Below are positions 62,888-64,000 of a stretch of 64,000 nucleotides of DNA, one piece after another. The position numbers were made by a program, and so were the translations under genes. Source of the stretch: an uncultured Actinomycetota bacterium (lineage in GTDB: Bacteria; Actinomycetota; Actinomycetes; Mycobacteriales; Mycobacteriaceae); assembly GCA_963715885.1 (NCBI GenBank), contig CAVQSK010000029.1:18401-82400 (forward strand), written 5' to 3'. Numbering within the stretch: position 1 is the first letter of the stretch; every line of letters starts with the position of its first letter. The notes below the pieces were generated by a model. That model saw only the letters and a program-made list of their open reading frames with translations. It made no database searches and was not told where the DNA came from.

Positions 62888-63769
62888 ATGGCCATTTTTC
62901 TGAACGAATCCTCCCGCGTCATCGTGCAGGGTATGACCGGTGCCGAGGGCACCAGGCACACCCGCCGGATGATCGCCTCCGGCACCACCGTTGTCGGCGG
63001 GGTGAACGCCCGAAAGGCCGGGACCAGCGTCGATTTCGACGGCACCGCGGTGCCGGTGTTCGGTTCTGTGGCCGAGGCGATGGACAAGACCGGCGCTGAT
63101 GTCTCGGTGCTGTTCGTGCCGCCCGCGTTCACCAAGGACGCGATCATCGAGGCGATCGACGCCGGCATCGGGCTGGCCGTGGTCATCACCGAGGGTGTCC
63201 CCGTGCACGACTCCGCGGTCGCCTGGGCGCACGCGGTGGCAACCGGCAACAAAACCCGGATCATCGGGCCGAACTGTCCCGGCATCATCTCGCCCGGCAA
63301 GTCCAACGCGGGCATCATCCCGGCCAACATCACCGGCCCCGGCAAGCTCGGTCTGGTGTCGAAGTCCGGCACCCTGACCTACCAGTTGATGTACGAACTG
63401 AGGGATCTCGGGTTCTCCACCGCGATCGGCATCGGTGGTGATCCGATCATCGGAACCACCCACATCGACGCGCTGCAGGCGTTCGAGGCCGACCCGGAGA
63501 CCGAGGCCATCGTGATGATCGGTGAAATCGGCGGTGATGCCGAGGAACGTGCGGCCGCGTTCATCGCCGACAACGTCACGAAGCCGGTCGTCGGGTACGT
63601 CGCCGGGTTCACCGCTCCCGAGGGTAAGACCATGGGCCACGCCGGAGCCATCGTCTCCGGCTCGTCGGGTACCGCCCAGGCAAAGAAGGACGCGCTCGAG
63701 GCCGCCGGGGTAAAGGTCGGCAAGACACCATCGGAAACCGCGCTGATTGTCCACCACAGCCTTGGTTGA
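62888..63769 (+). CDS. sucD: Succinate-CoA ligase alpha subunit
   Basis: [33 protein letters not shown] (phospho-His). Confidence 0.95.
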   Translation: MAIFLNESSRVIVQGMTGAEGTRHTRRMIASGTTVVGGVNARKAGTSVDFDGTAVPVFGSVAEAMDKTGADVSVLFVPPAFTKDAIIEAIDAGIGLAVVITEGVPVHDSAVAWAHAVATGNKTRIIGPNCPGIISPGKSNAGIIPANITGPGKLGLVSKSGTLTYQLMYELRDLGFSTAIGIGGDPIIGTTHIDALQAFEADPETEAIVMIGEIGGDAEERAAAFIADNVTKPVVGYVAGFTAPEGKTMGHAGAIVSGSSGTAQAKKDALEAAGVKVGKTPSETALIVHHSLG

Positions 63770-63794
63770 ACGAACACGGTGAGGTGAAGGTCAT

Positions 63795-64000
63795 GGCGGG
63801 TACCCCAGACCTCCGTTCCTAGGGTCGAAGCTGCGGAACTTCCTGCTGGGCGGTGGGGGCTGGCCCTACCTGCTGGTGCCGTTCATCCCGATCGCCATCG
63901 GGCTTAGAAAATCCCACGCTGACGCGCCGATAGTTTTCGCCGCTTTGGCCTGTGATACCCACCGCAGCTCTGCTGGGGCGAGCGACCGAGGACCTTGCCT
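63795..64000 (+). pseudogene. Ca2+/H+ antiporter (CAX-type) N-terminus, frameshifted, runs off the window
   Basis: YLLVPFIPIAIGL...PIVFAA, then in another frame IPTAALLGRATEDLA. Confidence 0.6.

Overview
High-GC actinobacterial DNA, most consistent with an environmental Mycobacterium/Mycolicibacterium (DUF4185, DUF6131, R2lox-TetR, SigF paralogue, mycobacterial-type sdhCDAB). The window is almost all accessory DNA, in five blocks. (1) 1-6.9 kb: amidohydrolase/DUF59/alcohol dehydrogenase operon with a divergent GAF-Fis activator (the accessory genes of propane/acetone monooxygenase clusters, but no monooxygenase), then an orphan T6SS Hcp gene with a TPR-methyltransferase. (2) 7-26.4 kb: a tmRNA 3'-end scar followed by a SigF-type stress cluster (Ntn protease, STAS, response regulator, Mn catalase, glgX, PAS-ANTAR, sigF paralogue, csbD) with an inserted LuxR/DUF4242/methyltransferase module. 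(3) 26.5-28.2 kb: TetR-R2lox. (4) 28.4-41 kb: a GntR-regulated acid-sugar catabolic operon carrying many +1 frameshifts. (5) 42.7-64 kb: an IS-scarred mosaic with apparently extra copies of thiolase, sdhCDAB, citrate synthase and sucCD around a MatC carrier/CoA-transferase/carboxyltransferase/GntR cluster. One 16-bp palindrome (AATCAACTTACTGATT) lies upstream of matC/caiB, gltA and sucCD, suggesting a malonate-to-TCA regulon. No rRNA, intact tRNA or CRISPR array was seen. Many frameshifts may be assembly errors, and several starts were placed by eye.
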